Under the pieces are notes generated by a model. The model saw nothing but the letters and a program-made list of their open reading frames with translations. It did no database searches and had not been told where the DNA came from. From Saccharolobus islandicus REY15A (GTDB lineage: Archaea > Thermoproteota > Thermoprotei_A > Sulfolobales > Sulfolobaceae), in the NCBI RefSeq assembly GCF_000189555.1, contig NC_017276.1: 64,000 bases of DNA; one strand, 5' to 3'. Within the stretch, counting starts at the first letter, position 1. Every line of letters begins with the position of its first letter. Both the position numbers and the translations under genes were made by a program. Below, in pieces: positions 31,882 through 49,489 of this stretch.

Positions 31882-32862
31882 CTATTTATACCTTAAAGTT
31901 TCTTTTATACTATCCTCATTTAGGTCTTCATAGTATTTCTTGTAATAATCTTCAATGTATTTTAAATCATCTTCAGTAAGACTTGGTAAATTTTCCACTT
32001 TTACATATTCCTCCAATTCGTTTATCGAAGTTATATTAGGAACCACTGTGGACACATTCTTATTGGATAGAATAAATTTTAGAGCCAATTCAGATAATTT
32101 CATTCCTTTAGAATTCGCAAACTCCTTTAGTTTTAAGCTTTTCTTAATTCCTTCATTTAGCCATTTGCTATCCTTTAACGATCTATGCAGTTTAGGATCA
32201 GAAATCAATGGCCATTTATCTTCAATTAAAACATCAGAAGCATGAGGTACCCTTATTACATGTCCTATTTTCTCGTACTTCAAGAACTTATTCCCTGGCC
32301 TTTGCTCAATAATATTATATATGTACTCTAAGCTTTCGTATCCCATATTTATGGCCTCAATTCCCTCCTCTTCCCAACCTAATGTGGGACCTAAAGCAGC
32401 ACCGTACATTCTTATTATCCCATCTTTCTTTAACGATCTAAGAAAAGATAGGATCTCTGGATTTTTAATTACATTAATCTTAGGATTGTGAATCATCAGT
32501 ATGTCAATATAGTCTGTTCTTAATCTTTCTAGGGACCTCTTTAGAGCAAATTCAAGATAGGGTATATCAAATCTTTGTCTTATTTTACCTCCCTCTTTAT
32601 GATAAAAATCGTACCCTATCTTAGTTAGTATCACTATATTGTCTCTCTTAGTCTCTAAAACTTTTGCAATAATTTCCTCACCCTTACCCTCTCCGTAAGT
32701 ATCTGCAGTATCGTAAAAGTTAATTCCAAGTTCATACGCTTTTCGTAATATATCCTCTGCCTTATTTGTATCCGCGCCCCACCAATCAGTAACTAAGCTC
32801 CATACTCCAATCCCTATTTCAGATGTTGTAATGTTAGTATCACCTATGCGTCTGTAGAGCAT
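31882..32862 (-). CDS. Aldo/keto reductase
   Basis: [23 protein letters not shown] motifs. Confidence 0.9.
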   Translation of the reverse strand: MLYRRIGDTNITTSEIGIGVWSLVTDWWGADTNKAEDILRKAYELGINFYDTADTYGEGKGEEIIAKVLETKRDNIVILTKIGYDFYHKEGGKIRQRFDIPYLEFALKRSLERLRTDYIDILMIHNPKINVIKNPEILSFLRSLKKDGIIRMYGAALGPTLGWEEEGIEAINMGYESLEYIYNIIEQRPGNKFLKYEKIGHVIRVPHASDVLIEDKWPLISDPKLHRSLKDSKWLNEGIKKSLKLKEFANSKGMKLSELALKFILSNKNVSTVVPNITSINELEEYVKVENLPSLTEDDLKYIEDYYKKYYEDLNEDSIKETLRYK

Positions 32863-32910
32863 GTAATATCAACCATTATTATCATTGCATTTTAAATAAT
32901 AAAAATAAAG

Positions 32911-33246
32911 ATGATAGTGATGCGAGTTAAGGTAAACGAAAAACAATTCGACATGATTATTGATAAACTTAAACTAATGGTCTACGAGTATAACACAAAG
33001 ATAAAGGAATACGGCGTCTACCTAAAACCTTATCATATTGTTTATAAAAATAGTAAGAGATATATCTATATTGGAAAATATTGGTACAAATTAGAGAAAA
33101 TTGGGGGGAAGTTAAAATGGATATATCTTGGCAAAACCAAGCCTATACAGAATATGCCAAATCCTCCGCAGATACCGGAATCGACTATAATAAAAGAAGA
33201 CAATGAATACATAGTAGACGAGAAAATATTATATGATCTCGAATGA
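32911..33246 (+). CDS. Basic, aromatic-rich hypothetical protein
   Basis: YIYIGKYWYK...GGKLKWIYLGK. Confidence 0.7.
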   Translation: MIVMRVKVNEKQFDMIIDKLKLMVYEYNTKIKEYGVYLKPYHIVYKNSKRYIYIGKYWYKLEKIGGKLKWIYLGKTKPIQNMPNPPQIPESTIIKEDNEYIVDEKILYDLE

Positions 33247-34209
33247 TAACATCTTCTTAATCTCCTCTTCCTTTAATCTCAAGCTTTTTGCATTAGCTAT
33301 GCTTACTATATCCTCTGTATCGAGACGTATCAGTTCTGCTAATGCCAATGCCAATGCGGGATTAAATGGAGAACTCATGAATACTAGCTCTGAGCTCTTC
33401 CTAGCATTAACCCTAGCCATTCTATACAAACTAGCTAGTGCCTCGTAAGTATTATTTACGTTAAGCATCTTTGAGTACTGAGTTCGTCTTAAAATGTCAA
33501 GTATTTCAGTATTACTTGTAGAAGAAGAGAGATCTTTAAGTATCTCAGTACCGATTTTACAAACAGTATTCTCTACTGTTTTGTGTTTGATTGCCAATGA
33601 TATTGAGTAGTAATCCTTATAATAGCATATTATGTTTTCGGCAAGACTTTTCCAATCACCCTTAAAACCTTCTATGATCTCTGATAGTTTCTTTATGAAA
33701 TAGATATCAAGTAACGATAGAAGATAGGATATATTTTTACCTTGCCCATCCTTGATAGCATATGAAAGAGCGTTGGCATATATATTTCCCTTAAAACTGT
33801 TAGTTAATTCCTCAAGTGAAGATGGTATTTGATCGAAGTATTTTTTGAAAAATCTTATTTTATTACTATCCCCATTTCCAATACCATTAACTATACTAAC
33901 TATTATATTTTTCAATTCATCTAAAGATAGCATGTAAATATATAGGTCAACTATATTATACGTCACTCTAAATATTGAAAAATAATTTCTTATCTTTTCT
34001 AATAGTGTAAGAGATCTAGACTTAAGCATGAATTCAAAATCTTCTATACTAGCTGGTTGTTCCTCAATCATTCCCCTTTCTTTAAGTAGTGAGGCAACAT
34101 TATTCCAACTTTCGCTACTTATTAATTCGTTAACTAAACCTTTTGTTAATAACGAGACCTTTTGCGTTCTAGAGATCGAATGTATAAAAGAGTAAATCGC
34201 ATAACTCAT
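33229..34209 (-). CDS. atpC: A/V-type ATP synthase subunit C (AC39-like)
   Basis: 326 aa, all helical; C-terminal FNPALALAL.ELIRLD..DI.SIA.AK.L.L..EEIK pattern. Confidence 0.7.
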   Translation of the reverse strand: MSYAIYSFIHSISRTQKVSLLTKGLVNELISSESWNNVASLLKERGMIEEQPASIEDFEFMLKSRSLTLLEKIRNYFSIFRVTYNIVDLYIYMLSLDELKNIIVSIVNGIGNGDSNKIRFFKKYFDQIPSSLEELTNSFKGNIYANALSYAIKDGQGKNISYLLSLLDIYFIKKLSEIIEGFKGDWKSLAENIICYYKDYYSISLAIKHKTVENTVCKIGTEILKDLSSSTSNTEILDILRRTQYSKMLNVNNTYEALASLYRMARVNARKSSELVFMSSPFNPALALALAELIRLDTEDIVSIANAKSLRLKEEEIKKMLSFEII

Positions 34210-34541
34210 TTAAAGACACCTAATAGTTGCCTTATAACCTCGTTTACAACTTTATCAACATTCTTCTCAGCTTCCTTCCTTATCTCATCCAATTGTTTTT
34301 CTCGCTCAGAGACGTATTTATTTCTTATTTCGTCTAATTGCCTTTTTTTCTCTTCATTTAATAATTTTTGAACCTCATCCAACGATTTCTCAGCAGTTGC
34401 CCTTAATTCGGAAAGATAAGAGTCTGAAAGGGTGATTAATCTTTTACTGTCATCTGCTATCTCTCTTTTTATTCTCTTTATTTCATCCTCAAACTCTATT
34501 ATTGCCTTAGAGTACGCGTTAAACTTAACTTCACTCATCAA
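34206..34541 (-). CDS. A/V-type ATP synthase peripheral-stalk subunit H/G-like coiled coil
   Basis: Charged heptads ending AEKNVDKVVNEVIRQLL; coupled to atpC. Confidence 0.55.
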   Translation of the reverse strand: MMSEVKFNAYSKAIIEFEDEIKRIKREIADDSKRLITLSDSYLSELRATAEKSLDEVQKLLNEEKKRQLDEIRNKYVSEREKQLDEIRKEAEKNVDKVVNEVIRQLLGVFK

Positions 34542-34562
34542 ATATACTCCACTAACAGTACC

Positions 34563-35330
34563 TTATATTGATTTTCTTCCCCTAATAATAAAACCCGTAT
34601 GCATAATACCTATATTTCTAGGCCTTACAGCGTTCTCCTTAACTTGATACTCTCTCAAAATAAGTTCTTCCACATGAATATCTATAATTCCAGAATTCTT
34701 CATTGCGAAAAATGTTTTCTCTATTTGATTTACCGTAGGAACAAATACAATTATTGTAGATGAAGGTTTAAGAGGTTCATAAAGCTTTGGTATGGCATTC
34801 CATGGATCTGGCATATCTAAAAAAATTGCATCTGCCTCCTTCTCATCTATACCTTCCCTTATGTCCTTCAATTTGAATACTATCTTATCTTGAACACCTA
34901 ACACATTTGCATTAAATTTAGCTACTTTTTGCATATCTTCTCTTACATCATAAGTATAGATTTTAGCGTTCTCACTTAAACTTAAGGCTAATGAAATTGT
35001 TAGAAATCCAGATCCAGTTCCAGCTTCAATCACTGTCTTTACATGATTTAGTGAAAGGGTAGTTAAGATGTATCCTATATCTTTAGGATACAGAACTTGC
35101 GAAGGCCTCTTTAGTCCTTTGGAGTAGAGATCTTGTATAGTAGGTTTTAATAAATAAGCTTTAGCTCCAGTTTGCAAGGTTAGTGAGGAACCATACTCAA
35201 GACCTATTAAATTATCGTAAAATATTACTCCTTTGTCAGTGTCAAGCCTTTTACCTCTTTCCAGTTTGGAAATATACGCTCTTTTTGGATCTATCCAAAT
35301 TACTACTGGATCTCCCTCATTTAATGGCAT
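34563..35330 (-). CDS. trmI: tRNA m1A57/58 methyltransferase
   Basis: [28 protein letters not shown] motifs; ATG at 35330. Confidence 0.93.
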   Translation of the reverse strand: MPLNEGDPVVIWIDPKRAYISKLERGKRLDTDKGVIFYDNLIGLEYGSSLTLQTGAKAYLLKPTIQDLYSKGLKRPSQVLYPKDIGYILTTLSLNHVKTVIEAGTGSGFLTISLALSLSENAKIYTYDVREDMQKVAKFNANVLGVQDKIVFKLKDIREGIDEKEADAIFLDMPDPWNAIPKLYEPLKPSSTIIVFVPTVNQIEKTFFAMKNSGIIDIHVEELILREYQVKENAVRPRNIGIMHTGFIIRGRKSI

Positions 35331-35383
35331 CATATAATAGGAAAAATAGTGAGTTAAGTATCTTTCTACCTGGCAAAAAAGCA

Positions 35384-35433
35384 TCAGCTTTGGTGTCTTA
35401 TATCACTTTATCAAAAATACCAGCCTTCATCAT
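35384..35433 (-). ncRNA. Box C/D guide sRNA between the RHH gene and trmI
   Basis: ATGATGA - 12 nt - TTGA - taaa - GTGATAT - 12 nt - CTGA, starting directly after the RHH stop codon. Confidence 0.75.
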
Positions 35434-35586
35434 CTACTCTTCTGTAGTTACCCATAGTTCTTTCCGTATAAAATCACCTATTGCTGCTCTTATGACTTCA
35501 CTTCTAGAACCATATCTACCTGTATTAACTAATTCATCTATTGCTTCCAAAAACTGCTCTGGTAGTTTTACCGTTATTATTTTCAT
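35434..35586 (-). CDS. Ribbon-helix-helix protein (CdrS/CopG-like), 50 aa, not in the ORF track
   Basis: [50 protein letters not shown]. Confidence 0.9.
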   Translation of the reverse strand: MKIITVKLPEQFLEAIDELVNTGRYGSRSEVIRAAIGDFIRKELWVTTEE

Positions 35587-35629
35587 AGAAACTCAGATAG
35601 CATAGTTAATTTTATAACATTTATAAGAG

Positions 35630-36361
35630 TTAGCCCGGTAATGTAGACCATAAATGATTAAAATATACCGTGCCAATGTCTATAAGATATTTGTGATTTG
35701 AAAATAGCCCCGTCAATACATCATTATTCTTTATGATTAGGAGAATAGAGTCAGAAGTAATTATACCACTGCCGAATAAAGATTGAGCTCTCTTAACTTG
35801 AGCTGAGGGAATGTCAGGTAAACTAACGCTTTTATCCACTATTATTTTAGTTTCTGCCTTAAGCGAGTTGGCCTTTAATATATCTACAATATCACTTCTT
35901 ACAAACTCTTGATAGGATACTGCAACCAGATATGTCTTGCTGTAATCCTTCAGTAGCCTTAACGCATTATCCATAATGTTATCTCTTGGTATAACAACTA
36001 TGTTATATGCCATATTAGAGGAAAAAATACTGGATATCGGCTCAATGAATTGTTTTTCAAATTCATCTAGTTTCTCTTGGAAAGTAATTTTAATCTTATT
36101 CCAAACGTCTCTTAAAGGAATTGCCTCATAAACAGCAGGTCTTTTATCTATCTTTATAACCCACCCTCTACTTTCAAGTTTAGATAAAATATTATATACT
36201 TTAGTGTATGGTAAGCTTAACTTATTTGAGACCTCTCTTGCAGTTGCTCTTCCATATATTAAGAGATATGAATATACCTTTAATTCCGATTTTGATATTC
36301 CAAAAACTGAAGCAAACTTCGATACTCTGCTAATGGTCTCTTCTAATAATTCAGATGACAT
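35630..36361 (-). CDS. TrmB-family transcription regulator
   Basis: ELKVYSYLL...LPYTKVYNILSKLESRGWV...RPAVYEA. Confidence 0.88.
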   Translation of the reverse strand: MSSELLEETISRVSKFASVFGISKSELKVYSYLLIYGRATAREVSNKLSLPYTKVYNILSKLESRGWVIKIDKRPAVYEAIPLRDVWNKIKITFQEKLDEFEKQFIEPISSIFSSNMAYNIVVIPRDNIMDNALRLLKDYSKTYLVAVSYQEFVRSDIVDILKANSLKAETKIIVDKSVSLPDIPSAQVKRAQSLFGSGIITSDSILLIIKNNDVLTGLFSNHKYLIDIGTVYFNHLWSTLPG

Positions 36362-36409
36362 CTATAATTTATTAGGCAGAATTGGAATTTAAAACATAGT
36401 GAGTAAGAG

Positions 36410-36742
36410 ATGGGTGGAGCTTCAAAGAAGCCTATTTCAACAATGGAAAAGAGATTAAAGAAGGAGGCTGAAAAGCAACAAAAGGCGGAGGAGAAGAAGA
36501 AAGGTCCATCAAAAACTGGAAAAGAGATAATTAGTAGGGCAGTAACTATAGATGAAGAAACTAAGAAGAGAGTTCTAGACGAAATAAAGAAAGAGAGTAT
36601 TATAACCCCGTATGCCTTAGCTACAAAATCGGGAATAAGCATAAGTGTAGCTAGAAAAATACTAAAGGAATTAGAAAATCAGAATGTAGTTAAGTTATAT
36701 TCTAAGAATAGAAGATTGGAAATATATATTGCTGCGTCTTAA
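36410..36742 (+). CDS. rps25e: Ribosomal protein eS25
   Basis: Basic N-terminus; ITPYALA...ISVARKILKEL wHTH. Confidence 0.92.
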   Translation: MGGASKKPISTMEKRLKKEAEKQQKAEEKKKGPSKTGKEIISRAVTIDEETKKRVLDEIKKESIITPYALATKSGISISVARKILKELENQNVVKLYSKNRRLEIYIAAS

Positions 36743-36745
36743 AAT

Positions 36746-37630
36746 CTATTCCTCTTCTACTGTAGAAGCAGATCTCTTCTTCACCTCACCCTTAATCTTT
36801 TTTACACCTTTACAAAGACCATTTATAATTGGTTCTAAATAAGTTAATGATGTCTGTTTTGACGATGATGTTAAGATTGAGCTTTCAACGAACAATATAC
36901 TGTCATCTTCCTCAGCTTCCTTACTTATCAAATTATCTGGAGAGGTAATGAAAGTCGGTGAGTAGCCTATAATTTCTCCCTCTTCATCCTCTATACTTTC
37001 CCCTACTATCAAATAAGGTATTCCGTTCTCTATAGTCCTAGCAATTGCAAGATGTTTTATAACTTGCTGCTCTTTTCCCAAGGCTTTCATAGTACCTATA
37101 ACAATTTCTGAGCCTCCCATAGCTAAAAGCCTACTGATCTCCGGCGAGAAAATATCGTCCTCAGCGATAATGCCATATCTCCTATCAAGAACTACATTAA
37201 CTGGTTCTTTCCCTGCTGATATTCCTAGCCTTATATCCTTATCAGACAGCACGGTTTTCCTATATTTCCCTATAATCTCCCCTTGTGGTGATATTATGAG
37301 TGAAGTCAAGAATATTTTAGGACCAGCTTGTTCTAAAATAGGCCCAACTATTACATGAACTTCCCCATCCATAGCGAGGTTTATTAGAGTATCAGTATTA
37401 TTACCGGGAATTTTCTCTGCGAGATTTTTAATGAAACTCCTTAGCTTCTTGTCATTATCGTATATTTCAAACATATTTCCAGAAGGGAACAGCGATGGCA
37501 GTATAACTAATTTTGCACCTTTATCTTTAGCTTGCCTTATTAGTTTTTTGGCTTTCTCTAGATTGTGTTTCCTTGATAATTCTTTAAGCCTTAAATGAAC
37601 TAAAGCTATAAGCATAAACTTTTTCACCAA
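36746..37630 (-). CDS. Carbon-nitrogen hydrolase (nitrilase-fold) protein with degenerate catalytic triad
   Basis: [19 protein letters not shown] motifs; catalytic Glu and Cys are absent. Confidence 0.75.
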   Translation of the reverse strand: MVKKFMLIALVHLRLKELSRKHNLEKAKKLIRQAKDKGAKLVILPSLFPSGNMFEIYDNDKKLRSFIKNLAEKIPGNNTDTLINLAMDGEVHVIVGPILEQAGPKIFLTSLIISPQGEIIGKYRKTVLSDKDIRLGISAGKEPVNVVLDRRYGIIAEDDIFSPEISRLLAMGGSEIVIGTMKALGKEQQVIKHLAIARTIENGIPYLIVGESIEDEEGEIIGYSPTFITSPDNLISKEAEEDDSILFVESSILTSSSKQTSLTYLEPIINGLCKGVKKIKGEVKKRSASTVEEE

Positions 37631-37632
37631 CC

Positions 37633-44892
<7,260 letters not shown>

Positions 44893-44896
<4 letters not shown>

Positions 44897-44945
44897 TGAC
44901 GCTCGGAAGGACGGATTTAAAAATGAAGATCCTGCGCAGGGCTGA
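44893..44945 (+). ncRNA. Box C/D guide sRNA overlapping the apgM stop codon
   Basis: GTGATGA - 12 nt - CGGA - tttaaaa - ATGAAGA - 12 nt - CTGA. Confidence 0.82.
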
Positions 44946-44980
44946 TTAAAGTAGAATTTGCTCTCCAATATGAAAGAGAG

Positions 44981-45520
44981 TTAACATTCTTCAACTACGG
45001 CTTTTTCTAATATGTCTCTTACTCTCCACTTTATCATCTCGTTTACTATAATTACAACCGCTCCCGCATTAGGTTGCCCATAAATAACTATATCACCATT
45101 ACTTGCACTCAATATGACCGGAATAACAAGTAAGTCCTCTTCTCCATTTACAAAAACTACTCCACCATCCCTATCTTTTAGGATATTCTCCATAATTTCA
45201 AATATTTCAAATCGAATTTTCCCTGCTTCATTTGTTACCCTATATTCCTTATTCTTTACAATAGCCCTATGTTGTGGTATAGATCTCTTGGTTTTTCCAT
45301 CTATAACTTCTAAGAAGGGGATTATACCATTTTCTTCTAATACTCTGCTTACGTAATCCCCTACAGTTATAACCTTGAAACCTTGTTGTATCGATTTAGA
45401 TACAAAATCCAAAAAGACTTTGTTATTTGTAAAAAGAATACCATATGGTCTAGAAAGTTCTTTCCTTAGATTATCAAAAGCAAAACATAGGTTTACTTTA
45501 TTATTATCGCGTATTTCCAT
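44981..45520 (-). CDS. GTP-dependent dephospho-CoA kinase (DUF359)
   Basis: ITVGDYV, DGKTKR, N.AG.I, GEEDLL, YGQP motifs. Confidence 0.88.
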   Translation of the reverse strand: MEIRDNNKVNLCFAFDNLRKELSRPYGILFTNNKVFLDFVSKSIQQGFKVITVGDYVSRVLEENGIIPFLEVIDGKTKRSIPQHRAIVKNKEYRVTNEAGKIRFEIFEIMENILKDRDGGVVFVNGEEDLLVIPVILSASNGDIVIYGQPNAGAVVIIVNEMIKWRVRDILEKAVVEEC

Positions 45521-45693
45521 GGTTTTGGAGCCTCAGTTATTTTAGCTACTTCAGACTCTGAATCAATAATAATAATCATACCATCCCACTCTTCTGTAAA
45601 ACTACTGCTGCCACATACTGGACATGTTTCCTTGTCAGTCTCTACTAATGCCTTACAGTTTTTACATGCTTTAAAAACTGATTTCTTAGCCAT
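45493..45693 (-). CDS. spt4: Transcription elongation factor Spt4
   Basis: ACKNCK...CPVCG...EWDG...SEVA. Confidence 0.93.
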   Translation of the reverse strand: MAKKSVFKACKNCKALVETDKETCPVCGSSSFTEEWDGMIIIIDSESEVAKITEAPKPWKYAIIIK

Positions 45694-45699
45694 TCACAC

Positions 45700-46242
45700 T
45701 CACTTCTTAGCTTGTGTTATCCACTCTAACTTGCCCAAGTAGGGTTGTCTCATAGTTAAAGCGATTCTAGGCAATCTACCTGTTACCGTAGACGCTACGC
45801 TTATCACTCTTGCTCTTACTTTGTCACCCTTTTGTATTACTTTCTTAGATTTCTCACCGAATATTATACCTCTTACATTGTCATATTTTAGTGTATCATC
45901 TGTTATTTGGGAAATGTGAACGAGGCCATCCATCGGTCCTAAGTTAACGAACACACCATAGTTATCAACTTGTAAAACCTCACCCTCAACTACTTCTTGT
46001 ACAACTGGTACATAGGTTATCATATCAAATTCGACCTCATGATAAGTAGCACCATCACCAAATACTAATATCCCTTCCTCACTGATTTTCACGTTTAATA
46101 TAGCTAAAACTAGACCTAAATCCTTAAGGATCTTTTCTTGATATTGTTGTCTTAGTTCATTTAAAGCGATCTCATTTAATGGTTTACCAAACTCATTGGG
46201 TGGGATCCTCACAATGCTACGTGCTTTAATAAGTTTATACAT
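45700..46242 (-). CDS. rpo7: RNA polymerase subunit Rpo7 (E')
   Basis: VRIPP..FG, GDGA, S1 domain DGLVHISQI. Confidence 0.96.
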   Translation of the reverse strand: MYKLIKARSIVRIPPNEFGKPLNEIALNELRQQYQEKILKDLGLVLAILNVKISEEGILVFGDGATYHEVEFDMITYVPVVQEVVEGEVLQVDNYGVFVNLGPMDGLVHISQITDDTLKYDNVRGIIFGEKSKKVIQKGDKVRARVISVASTVTGRLPRIALTMRQPYLGKLEWITQAKK

Positions 46243-46245
46243 ACG

Positions 46246-46683
46246 TTAGATAGGATATAAGGATTTTATAATTTTACTCCTATTTTGAAGAAATAAAACT
46301 CCTATCCCCTTTTTAATTGCATTATTTTTTAATTGCTTATCATTAGTAAATATAAACATGTTATATCTAAGAGCAGTCCTTATCAACGCCTCATCTGTAG
46401 GTAAATCGTCATAATCATTTATTAAATTCCATGAGTTTTTATATACTTCCAAATATTTCCTGGCTATTCTGATTCTGGATGTAATAATAAATCTTTCTTT
46501 ATTCTTTTCAAATAAAATATCTAACTCTTTTAATACTGCGGAATGAATAAAAAAGGCCGGTTTATAATCTAGAAATTCCAATACCTTATTAAATGGATCT
46601 AAACCATCGTATACATATAATAAAATATTAGTATCAATCAGTACTTTTAGATCTCTATTAACCCCCATCCTATCATTCTCCAC
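46246..46683 (-). CDS. PIN-domain nuclease (Fcf1/Utp24-like)
   Basis: IDTNIL, TDEAL, FTNDKQL motifs. Confidence 0.85.
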   Translation of the reverse strand: MENDRMGVNRDLKVLIDTNILLYVYDGLDPFNKVLEFLDYKPAFFIHSAVLKELDILFEKNKERFIITSRIRIARKYLEVYKNSWNLINDYDDLPTDEALIRTALRYNMFIFTNDKQLKNNAIKKGIGVLFLQNRSKIIKSLYPI

Positions 46684-47894
46684 CTACCAGCTATTTGTCT
46701 ACTTATAACAGTTCTAATATTGTTAGACCATACTGCCACGGGTCTTCTTAACTCCACTTCAATCTCATCCTTCTTTACAGAAGTAACTATCCCTAAAGTT
46801 GTCGAGGAACCTACAGATAACATCAATGTTTCCTTAGCTCTTATGGGATCTACCTTTAACATCTCCTTAGCTCCAACTACACGTTCCAAGAGATTGTATT
46901 TTATTCTGATATTCCATAAAACTGGAACCTTAGCATCAGCCAAGGTTACAATACTTCCAAGCAAATTATCAGCCTTAGTCAATGAGGGATCCAAATATGT
47001 ACCTATTGCTACTAAACCTCCTGGTTTAGCCTCCTTAAATTCCTCATCTCCAAATCTTATGGATGAAATCTTTGTGAAAATAGGTTCATAAGATACTTTA
47101 CCTTGTTTTTCTACTCTTAAACCAGGTAATACTTTTATTTCTTGATCAACCTTAAATAAGCCTTGTACAATGCTACCACCTATCACGCCACCCTTCAGCT
47201 CATTAAATTGGGTACCGGGCTTATTAACGTCAAAACTCCTTATTACAAGCATAACAGGTTGTTGTGAGAGATCCCTATAAGGAGTCTTTATATACTCCTC
47301 TATGCCTTCTATTAGAGTATCTATATTAATCCTATGAAGCGCGCTTACTGGAATTATAGGTGCATTTTCGGCCCAAGTTCCCTTTGTAAACTGCTTTATT
47401 TGCTTATACTGCGACAATGCTTCCTCTTTGGAGACTACGTCGACCTTATTTTGAACTATAATTAGATTTTTCACTCCTATTATACCTAGTGCTACGAAAT
47501 GTTCTCTAGTTTGGGGCTGGGGAAAAGGTTCATTTGCAGCAACAACAAGAATTGCACCATCCATTAACGCTGCTCCAGATAGCATTGTAGCCATTAGAAC
47601 CTCATGGCCAGGGGCATCAATAAAGGAAACTCTTCTCAAGAACCTGGGCTCCTCATCCGATCCACAAGATTTACATGAGGGTTCGGTTACATATGCATCT
47701 GGTTTTTTACAACTCTCACAAATGCCTATATTAGTCTCCGCGTAACCTAATTTTATCGTCATACCTCTTTTTAGTTCTTCAGAATGTTTTGAAGTCCAAA
47801 TTCCCGTTATAGCTTGAACTAGTGTTGTCTTACCGTGATCTACATGTCCAACTACACCTATATTAACTTCTGGTTGAGCTTTAGGCCATGCCAA
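46647..47894 (-). CDS. eif2g: Translation initiation factor aIF2 gamma
   Basis: [22 protein letters not shown], Zn knuckle; TTG start (MAWPK) at 47894. Confidence 0.97.
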   Translation of the reverse strand: MAWPKAQPEVNIGVVGHVDHGKTTLVQAITGIWTSKHSEELKRGMTIKLGYAETNIGICESCKKPDAYVTEPSCKSCGSDEEPRFLRRVSFIDAPGHEVLMATMLSGAALMDGAILVVAANEPFPQPQTREHFVALGIIGVKNLIIVQNKVDVVSKEEALSQYKQIKQFTKGTWAENAPIIPVSALHRINIDTLIEGIEEYIKTPYRDLSQQPVMLVIRSFDVNKPGTQFNELKGGVIGGSIVQGLFKVDQEIKVLPGLRVEKQGKVSYEPIFTKISSIRFGDEEFKEAKPGGLVAIGTYLDPSLTKADNLLGSIVTLADAKVPVLWNIRIKYNLLERVVGAKEMLKVDPIRAKETLMLSVGSSTTLGIVTSVKKDEIEVELRRPVAVWSNNIRTVISRQIAGRWRMIGWGLIEI

Positions 47895-47902
47895 AAACTG
47901 CT

Positions 47903-48547
47903 TCACCTTACTATTATGGTATTAATTTGAACTATTTCTTGGCTAATAGTATTTCCTCTTATAGTTTTTCTTCTTCTTTCTCCATCTTCATTCGGGTAGA
48001 ATCCAGGAGGCCCACTTAGCAATATTTTACGCTTAGCCGCTCCAGTAACATCAAATCGCATTGGGAATCCAGAATTATCTGATCCTCCAGTTATCTTTAA
48101 CTTAACTGGTAATCCAATCAGTTGATTAGCTTCAAATGTATCACCTATTTTTAGACCAACTAGATTTGTAGCCTTGTCTTGATCAATACTTATTTGTAAC
48201 GTCTTAGTCCTATATGCAATGGCTTCAAAATCTTCTGCTCCAAACTTCTCTGCCATTGTTTTACTTATCCATACTTCGTTATCTGGTACATTGTTATCTA
48301 CTTCAACCTTAAAATGGCTTTTTACCTTTACCTTTTTATCCCCTTCTTGTTTGGTTATTTCTAATGTGATGAGCGTATCAGTATTTAATAATTGTTTAGT
48401 TTTCTCGTTAACTTTAGCTTGGGGTACCGCTTTTCCTTCCTTTTCTCCAGCTATAGATTTTATTTGGTCATTTGCCTTTACTTTAACCTTTATTCTTTTA
48501 GGCTCTACAGATTGTGGATCTGAAATGACAATTTTGAAGTCCGGCAT
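47903..48547 (-). CDS. rps6e: Ribosomal protein eS6, long form
   Basis: FKIVISDP...[14 protein letters not shown]...RRRKTIRGN. Confidence 0.93.
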   Translation of the reverse strand: MPDFKIVISDPQSVEPKRIKVKVKANDQIKSIAGEKEGKAVPQAKVNEKTKQLLNTDTLITLEITKQEGDKKVKVKSHFKVEVDNNVPDNEVWISKTMAEKFGAEDFEAIAYRTKTLQISIDQDKATNLVGLKIGDTFEANQLIGLPVKLKITGGSDNSGFPMRFDVTGAAKRKILLSGPPGFYPNEDGERRRKTIRGNTISQEIVQINTIIVR

Positions 48548-48624
48548 TTAACAATGCCACCTTTTGTGTGGTATACTTAAAACAAATATATAAAATCGCA
48601 TCACCATAAGTTACATGAGAAACG

Positions 48625-49011
48625 TTGTTAGGAGTTTTATTAGTTTTACATGGTAGCAAGATACCAGAATGGAAAGATGTTGGAATTAAGTACGCAGAAT
48701 ATTTATCTAGATATTTTAATTTAGTAGAATTCGGCTTCTTAGAGTTTAATAAACCTACGTTAAGCGAGGCACTAAGTAATCTTCTAGCTAAGGGGGCTAA
48801 TAAGATAGTAGTAGTTCCATTATTATTTGCAACTGGAACTCATTTCAAAAGAGATATCCCAAGGCTACTAGGTATAGATGGTGACGAAAAGAAAATACAA
48901 TACATGGGAAAGGAAATTGAAATAATAATAGCTGATCCTTTAGGATTTGATGAGAAAATTGGAGAAGTGTTAGTTGAAAGGGTTAACGAAACTTACAACA
49001 AAAACTATTAA
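48625..49011 (+). CDS. cbiX: Sirohydrochlorin cobaltochelatase CbiX(S)
   Basis: [21 protein letters not shown]...DIP motifs. Confidence 0.88.
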   Translation: MLGVLLVLHGSKIPEWKDVGIKYAEYLSRYFNLVEFGFLEFNKPTLSEALSNLLAKGANKIVVVPLLFATGTHFKRDIPRLLGIDGDEKKIQYMGKEIEIIIADPLGFDEKIGEVLVERVNETYNKNY

Positions 49012-49466
49012 CTTGCGCCAGCTACTAGTAGTTCTGCCTTTGCAGGATCATAAGCCCATTCTTGTGGAAGCTTTCCAACGCCCTTATAATATCTAGCTAA
49101 ACGTCTGATCTTTGACTCAACCTCTTCTAATCCTTTCTTGGCTGTCTTATCACGTGGATACTCATTGATATGTCTTCTTATATTTACTGCTTTCCTTATT
49201 AGATTGAACAGATCCTCAGGTATTTGAGGAGCTAAACCTCTTTCTTCTAATATTTGAGTAACTTTTTTCCCAACTATTTGCCTAACTAAAGGAATTCCAT
49301 ATTGATCCCTTAATATTATCCCTATCATAGATGGAGTATAACCTCTTTTCACTAATTCTTCTACCAGCATTTCAACTTCTTCTCTGGTTAGCCTCACCCA
49401 TTTGGGCGCTCCAGCTCTAGCAGGTCTTATTGAATGTGATTTCCCTTTAGCCCTTCTCTTGTTCAT
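49008..49466 (-). CDS. rps15: Ribosomal protein uS15
   Basis: [24 protein letters not shown] motifs. Confidence 0.96.
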   Translation of the reverse strand: MNKRRAKGKSHSIRPARAGAPKWVRLTREEVEMLVEELVKRGYTPSMIGIILRDQYGIPLVRQIVGKKVTQILEERGLAPQIPEDLFNLIRKAVNIRRHINEYPRDKTAKKGLEEVESKIRRLARYYKGVGKLPQEWAYDPAKAELLVAGAS

Positions 49467-49489
49467 CTATACTCACCAAATTACTACTT

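Noticed and set aside
35388-35399. D guide of the 35384 sRNA matching the tRNA-Gln(UUG) loop CUUUGG
   Set aside because: Only 6 bp, and D+5 would fall on position 36; too weak to call
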